Positions 24,592-38,200 are shown, counted from the whole stretch's first letter. The stretch: 58,217 nt of DNA, filler included, from Sphacelaria rigidula (GCA_964200075.2; 5 parts of 5 records of this genome joined end to end with filler, not necessarily neighbours in it), one strand, 5' to 3'. Notes: a model not told the origin generated them from the letters alone. Made by a program: numbers and translations.

Positions 24592-24962
24592 TTCATTCGG
24601 ATGCGCCGACAGTGCACATCTCCGGAAGAAACATACACCCCCACCGTGGAACCACTCGGAATCAAATATATACGTATACTTCATGTTCCATATGCCCGGG
24701 TTGCTACAGCCGACATACGGACTTATTAACATGCATGTTGTGCGCGGGCCAGGTTAGCAGGTGAGGAATACTGAATACTTCATTCGGATGCGCCAACAGT
24801 GCACATCTTCGGAGAATGTATGTACCCCCACCGCGGAACCACTCGGAATAAAATATATGTACTTCATCTTACATGTGCCCGGGTTGCTACAGCCAACGTC
24901 TCGACTTGTGAAAATGCATTCTACCCGGGCCATACAGGTCAACAGGTGAGGGAGCTGAACAT
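24592..24962 (+). repeat. Diverged tandem repeat, 2 x about 187 bp (partial third copy about 23745-23820)
   Basis: TTCATTCGGATGCGCC.ACAGTGCACATCT...CAGGTGAGG...CTGAA occurs twice. Confidence 0.85.
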
Positions 24963-25503
24963 GTTTTTCTTGCGTAGTTAATTCGGATCTTACGGGTGCG
25001 GGAAAGTGTTTCTTGTATACTAGATTCAGATTCATCGGGTAAGGGGTGGCTTTTGGTGTACATGAGATTCAAATAGCGCGGGTCGACGACAAGCTACTGT
25101 GCTTGCCTGACCCGGGTGATATAAATCACAAGTATGTGATGTTGTACAGATGACCCAGTTCTACAGATCAGTTTAACACGAAAGTGTGTGTGTGAAGCGG
25201 GTCGTACAACTTGTCGCTCGGCAATATGTAAGGGTCAAGTAGGTCCTACGGATCAGCATTGGACAAACGTGCACGGGTGACAGCACACCTCGGACAGATC
25301 ATGATCTATGCCCCAAATGAGCTGACCTGGATCTGTCACGAGCTGATCCATCCGACGTGTGAAAAGATGCCATCACTCGATGACCTATCTTGGCAATCAT
25401 CATGAATAAATTTCATCTTGCGTGTACAAGGCCTTCGTAAAGGTTTGGCACAAAACTCCTGAAAAAAGAGTCTGTGGATTTGACGCCTTGTGGGACACCG
25501 CTG

Positions 25504-25587
25504 CGCCCTGGTGGCTAAATTGCTGCAGAGAACTCATCAAAGGTGGGAGATCTTGAGTTCGAATCCCGATCCACTCCATCCTTTTTT
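25504..25587 (+). other. tRNA-like Pol III promoter remnant (SINE head or pseudo-tRNA)
   Basis: TGGCTAAATTG (A-box-like) ... GAGTTCGAATCCC (B box) ... T6; no convincing cloverleaf. Confidence 0.4.
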
Positions 25588-26614
25588 AAATGTTTCTTTC
25601 GTCAAGGTTATCTTCCATGCAGCGCAATCTATTTCAGTTGATGAAGGTCTTCCCAGCACTTGCGCACAAGCTTTCCCCCCAAAAATGTGCGAAATTAGTC
25701 TTCCTCGCCTCAGGATAGGTTGGGCTTTTCTACAAGGGCCATCTGAGCACTTTTCCGTTTCCCCGGAGCCACTCTTCCAGAAAATCATCGTCAACACCTT
25801 TCTTCATTGAACTGTGACCAGAAATATTATAAAATTGGGCATTGGGTTGAGAAAACCTTTCCAGCTCAGTCCCTACTTCGTACATATTCTGGGCAAAAAC
25901 TTGTACGAACGTGCTGGAATCAATTATTTTCAACTTGAAATAAATTCGACGGCATAAGAAATGGCGTGAAAACGCCGGGACGTGGGTAGCAAATGAACTT
26001 TCAACGAACGTCAACGCGGTGGGGAAGTGCTGGTCATGATCCAATCCTCGAGAACACAATGTAACGCAGGTATCGGGAGAGAGATGGGTTTATCCCTCGA
26101 GATACGGGCTTGTCCCGAGGAAGCGAGTGGTTGAAGATACGACGAACGTAGATAATAATTTCCGCAAATTTGTTTTGTAGCGCCGACGATTTCTGCGAAT
26201 ATCTGCGAAGTCAGTACGATTCACAAAGGACGACAGGGCGCGATTCTGTTGTCCACACGTGGGCCGCGTGCACATGATCAGTGGGACAAACACTACTCAC
26301 GCGTGCACAATGCAAAATATGAACGTAATCCTCCGTTATTGATGTTGCACCTACCTACCCATGGGTGGTTCAAACACTCGTTCTACAACCAACACCCTCC
26401 AGAACAAAAAAATACCCAAGCATACCACAGCCGCGCACTACTCGTACTCGTGCAATTCTACTCGTTGACGGATATATATATGCTACAAGTAGTGCCTACC
26501 CGAAACCATCGTGGAGACGTCATCCGACAAACACAGAGAATCACAAAGGCCCTTCGAGAGCTTGCGCAAGGGCAAACGTTAACGCCCCCCACGCTGCTCT
26601 GATGAGACATGCAT

Positions 26615-29330
26615 TATCTGGCGGTCAACGACGGTCGGGTCCATGTCGATCACGTTGCGGTGCGGTTTCGATACCTCACGTATTCCAATCGTGTCCTTGC
26701 TGCCGATCACCCTCTTCTTGTCAAGCGTCAGGTATGCCCGACAAACGTCCCACAAGCGGCGTGTAAACTGACGTATCCGCGCGACCGTCAGGATGGCCTC
26801 CCGGCACAGCTACGCCACAACGTTCGCGTGCAGATGTACCGGGATCTCGTTATTCATTTCGGGTCGAAACCCATGCCTAGATTCGCTCCAGCATCTTCCG
26901 GGTGGAAATTGGGCATCACCACAAGGGTGTATGCCAGGGGCTCTGCACCACATCATAGCGCAGACTTCTCGTGCTCGAAACCTGACAAATCAGCGAGGAC
27001 GATTTCGGCGTTCATGTTCGAGTAGGTTTTCCCTGCTGCGGAAATCCCACCACCCACCACCCCAATTCTCACAACACCTGCTTGGTTCCCGTTGCCGCAG
27101 TAACATAGCCAACCACAACCGCTTCCTCGCCGCTGTTGCCGTCATCATGTATGTCTGGTTCGTATCCTCCGCTCCCCCGACCCGACTCCTGGTATTTCGA
27201 TGCCGGACGACCTTTTTCGTCTCTTCCTTGTTTCGATCTCGAGCCGGGGGACGCTCCAATTGTGAAACGGAGGCGGGTCACCCTCTGTGAAGTACAACAG
27301 CCTTTGCGTCTCGCCCAAATTCGGTTCCAAGTCCACTGTCCTCGCCGTGAAGCCTTCCACGTACTCGGTGCCCCAAGTGTCGCCGTCGATGTACACCTTT
27401 CCCTCCCCCGTGCCCACGCATCCCTCCGTCATATTCTGATCGCGAAGTTTCCTCTGTTTCCGCCCCAACCTTAGATTAATGTTCGTCACATGTAGTCAAT
27501 TCTCTCCAAACGCCGCGTACCCAGCTGGGTGGTCGACCTTCATAAGCTCTTGGGTATCGGGTAACATCACTGTTCGGGGCAGTCTAACACGTCTATCATC
27601 TACCCCTTGAATTTATCACAGTCCCGATACCCCCGTATTTTGTATCCGTGAAGGATCTCAGACCTGGGCTTTCCGCTGACTCTGTGTCTCCCTGCTCCGG
27701 CCGAAAGGAGTTGGCCCGCTGAAGCTCTTCCTCGCGTAGGAGGCGGGCCAAAATCACGTTATTCGTCCTGAAACGTTGATATCTCCCCTGGCAACTCCGT
27801 CTTCTTCCTCATGCGGCGTACTCCCTGGATCACGCAGACACCATCCTCTAGCCATTGCCTTGTTGCAAGCTTTGTCTTGTCCGAGTGGAATCATGTCCCT
27901 CGCATTTTTCACAATGCGGGCGCATGAGAACACTCGCAGAACGCACCCGCAACGTCGCTGACGCGAATACTCTTCTATTAAAGCGATGGTCATGGAATAC
28001 CTGACGCTAGGACCGCGGGGGCTAAGTTAGAGATAAGAGGTGGTTTTAACTGCGGCAAAAGTGCTGGTATTCGGTGGTGGAGAATTCTTCAACGCCGGAG
28101 GAGTTGGTCGCGTCTAAGGACATGCGTGAGATGGGCGAGGGGGCATTCTTGTGTTGATACGTATCATTATGAGAGAGATGGAACAAGCTGCATAGAGGTC
28201 CATGTCGACTTTTTGGCCAACGGACCCGACGAAGGGCACGATTAACAACGTAAGCAATAGGGCGCAGGGGGTAGCTTGTTTCACCTCCTTCATAATGATA
28301 CGTATCAAAACAGAACGCCTCCTCTCCCATTTCGAATCCCAGCACGTTTGCCGCAGTTAAGAAATACCGCTTCTGTCTAACATAACCCCCGCAGCTCTCG
28401 ACAACTTCAGGCGTGTCATGGCCATGGCTGTAATATGATTGCATGGATCTTCTCTACTTGCATCCACACTTGCTCATCCACACAATGGCGGTGGGCATGA
28501 GGAGCCTCAAACCGTACGCTGAGAACTTCGGCATTTCCTTCCCTCGTCAAGAGCACGCCGCTGATGCAGTCCCAAGTCTGGCGGGTTGAGACACGCTTCT
28601 GCGCCGTCAACTCTGCAGCTGGAGCCGCGGATCTTCCTCTTTCAAGATCCAATGACTCTAGTACATGCCCCTCCTGTCACGCTTAAGATGAGGCCTCATG
28701 TCCTACGATACACCTCTGCGCTGTGAACAATAGCGAATATCCGTGGCGGCCGATCTCAGCTACCTAGAGCTCTTCCTTCACCACTGCGCCTGCTGCCTTC
28801 TGGGCAGCTGGCGTACGGGGAAGCTTCTCTGCAGATTGTTTGGCGCGTCCGAGATGATCGAGCCGCCGCAGATCTCAGTCACGCTGCTGAAGAAGCATTT
28901 CCCTTACTGATAAAGCCTGACGCGAGACCCGATCTCGCTGTGCCGTACGATTGGTCTGACGGTTCACCCTCGATTCCACTTGCTTCGCAGGTAGACTCCC
29001 GAAGCGACATCCGCATCGCATCTGAACCGTTGCCAGGGTCGTTGTACAATAAGTAGTTGGGATTATCCAACAACGCAAGCGAAATGCGGTCGAGTGAAGC
29101 CGTAGTTTCCTCCACGCGCGACTCCGTTGTTTGCACACAATCCCGATTGTAGCTTGTACGCTTTGCACTTTCTTGTCCACCTTCGCCTCGCGCCTGTCCC
29201 AACCACCTGTCAGACATCACTCATAGCTAACATTATCTCTTCTCCGCGTATGACTCCACGATCCTCTTCGCGTTCATTGCGGAACTTTGCCTCTTGTATG
29301 GCATTGAGTCTGCCGAGGCTGTCCATCAAC
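26615..29330 (-). mobile_element. Decayed DDE transposase, IS630/Tc1/mariner-like (stops and frameshifts)
   Basis: Colinear motifs across frames: LGQD(K), SPGLR, VDHPAGYA, NINLRLGRKQRKLRD, YFTEGDPPPF, GYVTAATGTKQVL*ELGWW, FEHEKSAL, LVVMPNFHPEDAG, RIRQFTRR..DVCRAY, KPHRNVIDMD; 5' limit approximate. Confidence 0.7.
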
Positions 29331-31820
29331 TTTCCTGTTGCGATGGGTCGAGAGGGGAGACGAAAGTCAAAACGTGTGCTTGTGGCGCATTGAACACTCC
29401 CCACACTGAAGAGGCGCGCAAAACAACTGTGATGACGATGGGACGAGAGGGGACTTTGCAGATGAAAGTACCCACAGGACAATGCTGTGAACACAGCAAA
29501 ACTGTGCATCAGAGTGTGTAACAAGCGAAATGCACAGCACCCTGGCACGACTCGCATCGGAGTGAACAGGTGGGGGGGGGCAACGCAGCAAGTGTGGGAG
29601 GGAGATGTCTTCCCTGTGCAATCGGTGACATGTACACACCGGAGCAAGTACGCAAACCAGCATCACCACGTGTGCGAGGTTGACGTACTCGCTGTGGGAT
29701 CCATGGGAGGCTGACAGCTCAGCACACTGCACAGTGTTGTGCTTTGGGGGTAGATATTCCGGCAGGGAGAAGAGGCTGGCAGCTTTGCGCGTGTTGCCGC
29801 AAAAACAGAACGACAGAGTTCAGCGACGACACTTTTTACAAAACACACAGAAAATGATACTTGCGAGAGGTGCCGCATCGACACAGGAGATCATACGGTG
29901 CACATAGATGTACACACATAGATGTACACACTACACGACGCGCGCAGTGCGCTGTTATAGTAGTATAGTCAGTGCGGCAAGATTATCGACAATTCACACA
30001 GTAGACATCTACGACAGGAAGCACGAGACAGAAAATATTGGACATAGGCACAAGAAATACAACGAGACAGCCCGAGCGACCACGGGGCCAAAGATATGCG
30101 CCTGGACTCACAAGCGTTGCAACACACCCACAACATACATTACATGGTTCCAATATACTTGCCTTTCGGGAATTTTCGCTCAGCTTTACTTTCGGACTCC
30201 GACATCGAGTTGAGCTGTAGCGTCAGCAGGACTGCTTGGTCGGCGACCTCACCCCTGTTGACATGTTCCCCGCTCAACCTCCACTCGTGACTGCTGCTTG
30301 TGCTTCATCCGGAGAGTCAGAAGCTTCGGACATTTTGTTGAGGATCTTGTTTATGGCGGGGTGTACCGCAGTTTTCAGTAGATGTTTGCGCCTGCGCTTG
30401 TCGTATGTAACAATCGGCTCGGAGGTCCTCTGCCATAATGGAGCTGCTATGAGCTTAGTGCCACCTCGCAACACTACCGGTGCGCGTTTGACTACGTGTC
30501 AGAGATGTCATATACTCGGTGCGGTGTATTTGTATAACCAAATTCTACCGCATCTCATGAAAGAACAGTCCAAAGACGGCTTCATGCCATGGTATGAGAT
30601 ACACCCGGTACTCAATGCAGTATGATGACGTCATCGCCAAAACTGCGCCAATCGAACAGTAGCACAACGTATCATCAGCAGATTGGCCTACAGTCCACAG
30701 CGATATAAGTACATCGGCCTGATTCGTAAAAACTGAAAAAAAAACTATCGCGCGCCGAAGGGAATGAATGCGATATCCTTGGCTTGCCCAGCTCGTAACG
30801 GACATACCAATATCCAAACGCGTACCACTGGAAAATGTACAGCAGGCGATCGGTATCAACTTGATAGGCGGGGGAAAGAAGATGAACACGGGAATGCTGA
30901 AAACATCGGGAGGGCCGTAAGTTGCTTTATGTAGCGGTCTTGCAGTGAATATGTGCATAAATGAACGTATTCAGGGGTATGTCGGGTAGGGGAACTACCC
31001 GGGTATTGCGATAGTCCGATTTCCGACGTTTACCCAAATGTTGAGGAAAGGTGAGAACGATCGCATTACTCTATCCAATATCTGGGTATTGTTGAGTATG
31101 TCCTCAATGCTTCACCTATGTTGTGGGTGCTCAGAGTACGACTTTCAAAACACCCAAGTGTAGGAAATACCTTACTCAACGCACCCTTCAATGTGCTGAT
31201 TGATTAACTGGTAGCCGCACATCAACTTGTCCGCTACAAATCCAGCTGTGTTTACAAGATACAGGTAGTCAACGTAAAGGAGGCGGGAATACTCGTATTA
31301 TATCGCGTTACCTTTGTCAAAAAAATATTGAGGTTGTGCGAGAACTTCATACTGTGAAGTATCTCGCGAGATGTCTGCCATACACTAGCTACTTCGGTTG
31401 CAAATAACCGATTGCTACATTCATTCATGTATAGACCCAAAGCAAGTATGCACGTGAAAGAACGGGAAGGGGGGCGTGAACGCGAAAAAAAATAAACGAG
31501 GGGAAAGACAGCAACTCAAACATCATCCACGTGACAAATGCGGTGGATACCGCCGACATGGTGCCAAAAATACCCGAAATTACATCATTCGGGAGTCTTC
31601 ATCGGGGGATGCCACATACCGTACTACCATGTTGACTGCATTGCAGCTTCTTTGCTGAAGGGGGGGAGGGGGGGGGTTCCACAAGTTTTTATCGAGTAAA
31701 TCGTAAAACTATCCTGTCACAGTTAGTAATACTGTAATGGAAAATGAACTGTAAAAAAATCATTGAATCATGACTGGATATACATCGAAACCATAAACCC
31801 GGAGAAGAAAAAAAGCTCAC

Positions 31821-33477
31821 CGTTCGCATGACCTGGTCGTCGCCCACCACCAACGGCCCCACTTGGTCGCGGAGGGTGTTCAACAGTTCCTCCACATCGC
31901 CCTGATATACCTTACCGTTGACCTGTGTAACCACACACACGAGAAAAACACAAAAATGGTCAAGTAACCTGAGACTGCCGGTGGCGATTGCTGCATCTGT
32001 CTTCATCTCTACCTCAAGTACAACTCACGTCAATACTGATGGTGCGTGCGTTTAATTCTTCTCTTTCGCGTACCTGTATGGCCTCCCTCTGCGCGTCCTT
32101 GAGCGCCTGCTCGTAGTCCACTGCCGCCGGGGGCGGAAGTGGAATGCTGAGCAGCGTATGTCGGAACTTGGCGAGCACAGTGAGGAGTTCATCATCTGTG
32201 CCGCTTACTTCCACCTGTCGGGATTGAACGAGCCGCACACAGGTCGACAGGTGTTGGTGTTTCACGAATGTCGAATGTTCGTCATGAACAAAACAGCGGG
32301 AACGTAAAAACAAACCAGCCGGTCGCCCCGGTGGCTCAGTTGTTACCCTCTGATCCTCCTGACGGTTGGGACATGGGTTCAAACCTCGGTGAAGACACAC
32401 GATCTGGGATTTTTTCACATCATGCCCAACAATGGAGAGACTGTGTCGTGGGTACACGAAGTTCGACTTCACGGTCGACGAGAGGAAAGAACCGCTGAAT
32501 CATTTTCTCGATGAAAATGAAGGCAGGCATCACAGAAGGAAGGTGAAGGGCTAACGAAAAAAATTTAGAGTCTTGTGTTGGCTTTCCTTCCGTGTGACCC
32601 CGCCTGATGTGCCCACAATATGCTGGAAGGTGTTGACTGGCGTCCAATATAGATGGGGTAACAACACAACACACGGGCGAACTTGAAAAATCGCATAGCC
32701 GACAAAACATGCATACATACGAAAGTGTACGCCCGTTTTTTTATCGCGCTCACGACGTAGATATCATACGTGGAATACGTCGCAGGCAACATAAAAATAA
32801 AACACGATTGTTAATCAACCAACCAAAACGCTGTGTAGCTCCCCTGCTTCTTCTCCGCACTGTCGGTGAAGAGAAACACATGCGCAACCTCGCGATCCAT
32901 CTATCGCATACGCTTAAACCCCCCACAGTATAGTAATCGCACAGAACAGCACAAGCAAACGTTGAGGTAGAGTCAGTCGAAACGGTCGATTCCGGTTTTC
33001 ACAATACCTGCGTTTTGAGCGCATTCCTGGCCATTCCGTCCAATTCCCTCAACAATGGCGCGTCACCACTCGCCGCTTCTCCCTCCTCTGCGCTGACCAT
33101 CCTGTAGGCGTTATATGAAAAGATGATGGGAAGAGACGAGATGAAATGTGCGCCCGCATGCGAACAGAACGGCATATGTAAACACACTAACTATAACATG
33201 ACATCACCAACACAACATACATTCCGCCGCGCTTCGATCGTGACACCGGTACATCAACTGCACTTGGGTGTCGATTGCTTCGGTCGACACCCCGACGCAT
33301 TGGGCACTTGTCTGGTTTTCCTCGTCCAAAGAAATCAAAACAGCTTCTGACCAGGAAAAAAGGAAAAAAACGACGGTGAACGTCAGCGGGCCAGACACCA
33401 AGAGTGCCGAGCCCATTGCCGACGACAAAAATGCGAGGAAAGCAGTGCCACGGGACGGAAAGATCGATTCCTTCGGA
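31821..33477 (-). CDS. Hypothetical protein, four internal exons
   Basis: Exons 33477-33247, 33101-33008, 32214-32074 and 31922-31821 have CAG/GT ends and matching phases; product includes VDYEQALKDAQREAIQ|VNGKVYQGDVEELLNTLRDQV. Confidence 0.7.
32316..32673 (+). mobile_element. tRNA-derived SINE-like repeat in an intron
   Basis: A box TGGCTCAGTTG (32332), B box GGTTCAAACC (32376), CA-rich tail; related 3' half at about 46760-46875. Confidence 0.65.
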
Positions 33478-33506
33478 CTGCACACGCGTGTTGAGCAGCG
33501 AAGAAG

Positions 33507-34421
33507 GGGTCCAAGATTATAACGATACACACTCTGGACAATGGACACACCAATAGTCCATTGCTTCAATATTAGACGCGGGGGAAACCAATCGTTATAT
33601 TTTGTCGAACACGCAAGATGTAGGTGTCGATCACGAGTCTGTTGCAATTACAAGATTAAATTGGCTGGTTATCAATAGACGTTGTATACCGCAATATATT
33701 CTGCGGTGTACCTCTCGATAGCCACTGTCTCCATCAATAGATTTGGTGAGCCATCTATCGATAGTCGTTGTCATCAATAGATTTGGTGAGCCGTTTATCG
33801 ACAGTCACTGCCGTCATCAATAAACTTCATGAAAAATCTATCGATAAACTTTGCCGCCAACCATGGATTTTGAGGTATCTATCGATAGTTCCCAACAACG
33901 CAATAATCGAAACAGATGAACCCGAGGGGATAGCTTGTAATAGCATTTGTAGAAGGTGGAAACATCCACCGACGAATGTGTATCAATAGCTATTGATTGA
34001 CGACATTCAGCTCCTATTGTGGCCGGCAGTATAGGTGGCCACGAGTCAGATCGTTTTGTGACCAGCGATAGACATTGGTGCCTGCAATTAAGATCCTCTC
34101 ATGACCAGCAATAAACATCGGTGGGCGCAATTTAGATCCTTTTGTGTCCAGCAAAATGTATTTGTGGCCGCAATTGAGAGCCTATTGCAACAAATAAAAT
34201 ATATCGACAGACGACTTGGCCACTTCATTGTCATGGCAACGATAAATTGTGTACCTTCTCCCGAATCTATTGTTGTTTACAATAGCTATCGATACAGCAG
34301 TGACATCAGTCGATTGTGTGGCTACAATGATCATTGACAATAACATTTTCAGCGTATTGTGGCGGCAATGTTTGATTACAGTCCATTGTCCAGGGTATAA
34401 GCATATAAGCATATCTAACCC
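33507..34421. mobile_element. Non-autonomous TIR element with internal TCTATCGATAG/CATCAATA subrepeats
   Basis: Inverted ends CTGGACAATGGAC (about 33533) / GTCCATTGTCCAG (34381); AT-rich; related subrepeat block at 34620-34890. Confidence 0.5.
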
Positions 34422-34894
34422 ACACACTTAAGTAGCTTCAAGCGCTCTTGTCTATCAAAGAGAGAGCTCTGAGAACCAACGACACACCGATAGCTGAACT
34501 CGTGAACTTCTGTCCACACGTGTCGCGGATTATACCACATACAACCTTTCGGAATTCATAAAGTGCGGCATATGCTCTACATAAAGTGTATTGCATTGTA
34601 GGTGAGACAAAAGACCGGGGTATCTATCGATGGGCATCGTATACCACAGTATATTATGGTATCATCTAACGATAGTCATTGCCAGCATCAACAGATTTTG
34701 TACGCGACTCATCAACACCCATTGCCGCCAAAGATTTGATACACAATCTGCCAATAGTCATTGCCGTCATCAATGTGTTTCGCACAGTCTATCGATAGCC
34801 CTTGGCACCATCGATACATTTGGAAAAGCTATATATCGATACTTCCTCTGTCCCATAAGTAAAGTCCGTTATGTTTATACGAGCCCTTAACGGT

Positions 34895-34994
34895 NNNNNN
34901 NNNNNNNNNNNNNNNNNNNNNNNNNNNNNNNNNNNNNNTTAATTAATTAANNNNNNNNNNNNNNNNNNNNNNNNNNNNNNNNNNNNNNNNNNNN
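34895..34994. other. Assembly gap with artificial linker
   Basis: N-run / TTAATTAATTAA / N-run. Confidence 0.98.
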
Positions 34995-36679
34995 TTAGAA
35001 CGGGCTGAAGGAAAGTGAGCTTCTTAGGCGGCCCAGCCTGTACCCACCTCCGATGATGGAAATGAGGTCATCCTCCGTGCATACAGGCGCGAATACCGCC
35101 ATAATATAGAGGTCAGGGCATATCGGTGCGATGACTCTGGGCTATGAGCTATTTACCGCGATGCATGTGAGTAATCAGCCTCGAACATTAAGATATGTTT
35201 TTTCTTACACACCCCATGTGTGCTAGCCCTGATGCGCGCACAACAGCTCACATTAGCGTTCAACAGTATGATGACCTACAACGATTACTCAGTGACAATT
35301 GATGCTGCTTGAAAAAATGCTTGCATGATGCCGGCAATACGGATGCGCCGCCAACTTCCCAGTTGACATTCTACCCGTGCGTGCTCTGACAGTCACCCTG
35401 GACAGGTTAATATTCCTCTGGTCTTGAGGGTCTCAACTGGGTTCCACATCTTTCCCGCCCATAGCGACCCTGGAAAGAGATCGGCAAGGGTTGTGAACTT
35501 GTGATGAACAAACAAAGTGATTATCGTGGAGAAATAAACGAGTTGTTAGCATGCAATCTGGATGTTGGATGGCGGATTGTATAAGGGTATCATGGGCAAG
35601 GAAGTTGAGTGGACGGCAACACGACTGCACTGTACATCGAACAGGCAGGACATCACCGTGGAAACTGGACGAAGACGGCGGCTCAAGATGTCAAGACCAT
35701 GCGAGTGTCTGAACAGGTTGACGGGGTTTGGAATTCAATAATTATACTCCACTGTCGCCGATACGCGAGGTTCTTGTGACGCCATATGCACACGCGTTAT
35801 CATGCCTTATGCGGTCTTACTGTTGCTCCCTTCGCTCGCGCCCCACATTTGTCCGCTTTTCTTTCCCCGGTTGTAGTGATGCAATCCAGGTAATTGATCC
35901 TTCGTTCCCCCTCTTTGTTCTTCCGTGGGAAATTTTCGTCATGCAAATCCCTTGTATCTCATGAAGTTGTAATGACTACACCATGAGTGCTCAGTTGTTC
36001 TCTTCATAGGTGTTGTTACCTCTGCGGTTCGTGCGTGCAGCTATTTGACGTACGACCGCCTGGTGCTGTTGGGGCGGTGCGGCAACCTGCTACTGCTGAG
36101 GAGGAGCTTGCATGGGAGGCGGTTGAAGGAATCCCGCTGGCTTTCCGACGGCTACGTGTTGTGGCCCGACATTAGAAGCGGGAAGCTGCTGTCCCGCCGG
36201 ATAAAAGAGTTGAGCTTGAGGGTCAGAGGGTTTTCACTCATTCTCGTAGTATCCTCACGGGCGAAAGTGACCTGGCAGCATGGAATGGAGTTTGGAGAGA
36301 CCTCGGAGTTGCATGGGGAGACGACGCTACCCTCGAGTGGTTGTTGTACCTGACGGAGGACGTACAGTTAGAAGGCTTAGTAAGCGAGCTAGTTTCAGGT
36401 TACGCACAAGGACCCCAGCCGCAGGAACGGCAACTCGTGTTGATCGAACCTCGGGTGGCGTTCGACTTGGATCAGGAGGTGCAGGCTGGTATTGCTAGCA
36501 GGGTATAATGGTGGGATCCTCAGTCGCCGATTGTATGCAAAGTGGTCGATACTACGAAGAGTTATCATTTCTTGCATAACGGCAGGGCAGTAGCCAAGGT
36601 CGTGGCCGTTCATGTTTGGGATCGCGGGCGGTTAAGGAGTCTGTTCGTTTCCGACTCTGGCTGAACGCTCAAGTCAATA

Positions 36680-38200
36680 TTGGAGGACGGTGAGATTGTG
36701 CCGACTCATCCGCATCTGCTGCCCGAGTCGTCGGAGGTGAGTAAGGAAGATGTGACTGAATCCAGAGGAGCAGATATCTCGGAGGTGGACATGGGCCAGT
36801 GGGGCTCTGCACAAAAAGCCCAGCTGTTGGCTTTGCTAAGAGACTCCAACGAAACGAGTCTTCTCGCGGTGGATCCTAAGCGGGTGAAGGCAGCTTGTGG
36901 AGAGCCTTTACGTTTGCGGTTAAAAGATCCCAAGTGCCGGTCATTCGTTTCGGGCACTAAACGGAATTCGCCGGAACAAGAGGCAGCAATTCAGGACCAA
37001 GTCCAAGAGGTAGTTGAGCGGGGGATAATCGAGCCTTCGACGTCTGCATGGGCAGCTGCCTACGTCACGGTTCGGAACAACGACGGTAGTCTACTACTGT
37101 GTCAAGATTACCGCGGGCTGAATGAACTTCTCGAGTCGTACAGCGGCAGTTTTGGCGACATGCAAACCATGTACAGTGGGTTGGTAGGATTAAGGTATTT
37201 CACGAGTGTCAATTTGGCGAGCAGATTCTTCCAGTCACAGGTGGCAAAGGAGGACCGACACCTTACAGCCTTTCGCGACGCTAGAGGGCAGAGGGCACCT
37301 GTGGCAGGACCAACGCTGTGGGTTCGGGTTTAAGGTGGCCAGCGACTTTTCACCGAACCGTATCTGAAGCGTTGCTACCTGCAGGGGGTGTCAAGAACTG
37401 GTTAGATGATATCTTGTGGCCTAGTGCGACCTTCCCCAGTCACATGACTGGGGTGAGAGTCGTGCTGCACTGCTTGCTGAGTACGGGCCTCACCGCCAAC
37501 TTCCAAAAATTACAGTGGTGCACAGCAACAAGACTTCGTGGGATGACGGTTGACGCGTCAGGAATACGATCTTCGCAGTCTGAAATCGAGGCTATCACTC
37601 GGTTGATGGAACCACGGAACGTGGAGGGCCTGCGGTCGTTTCTGGGCATGACGAGGCACCTCCGGCGATACATCAAGGGATACATTGCTCTGGCGGCACC
37701 ACTCACCAATTTGCTGCGAGGTGAGCGGTTTGCCACCAAGGGAGCGCGCACGATGATAACTCCATGGCGCACACAACAGCGGCAAGCATTCCTAGACCTG
37801 AAGAAGGCCATGATGTCGTATCCAATTTTGGCATACCCGGAATAAAATGAACGGTTCCTTCTACACTCAGACGCATCCGATTACGCAGCGGGAGCAGTGC
37901 TCGCCCAGGAGGGCGGATAAGGAGGAATGGATAATCGAGTATGCTAGTCATAGATGGTCTCGGGCTGATGAAGATAAGACAGCGACGGAGAGACAGGTAG
38001 GCACTGTGTTGTGGTCTGTCGAACCCTTTCGATGCTATTTATGGGCTCGGGAGTTCACTCTGGTCACGGATTGTAGCGCGTTGACGTGGCTGTAGTCATC
38101 CAAGATCTATCGATGGGCGCTGAGGTTGATGGAATACGACATGGACCTGAAGTGGACGGCTGGGCAAGAACACTGCTGCCGGATGCTCTTTCCCGGCTGC
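36680..38200 (+). pseudogene. pol: Gypsy reverse transcriptase + RNase H (frameshifted)
   Basis: GIIEPSTSAWAA, DGSLLLCQDYRGLN, HLTAF, NWLDDIL, LRSFLGM, AAPLTNLL, LHSDASDYAAGAVL, FTLVTDCSALTWL, PDALSRLP. Confidence 0.93.
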
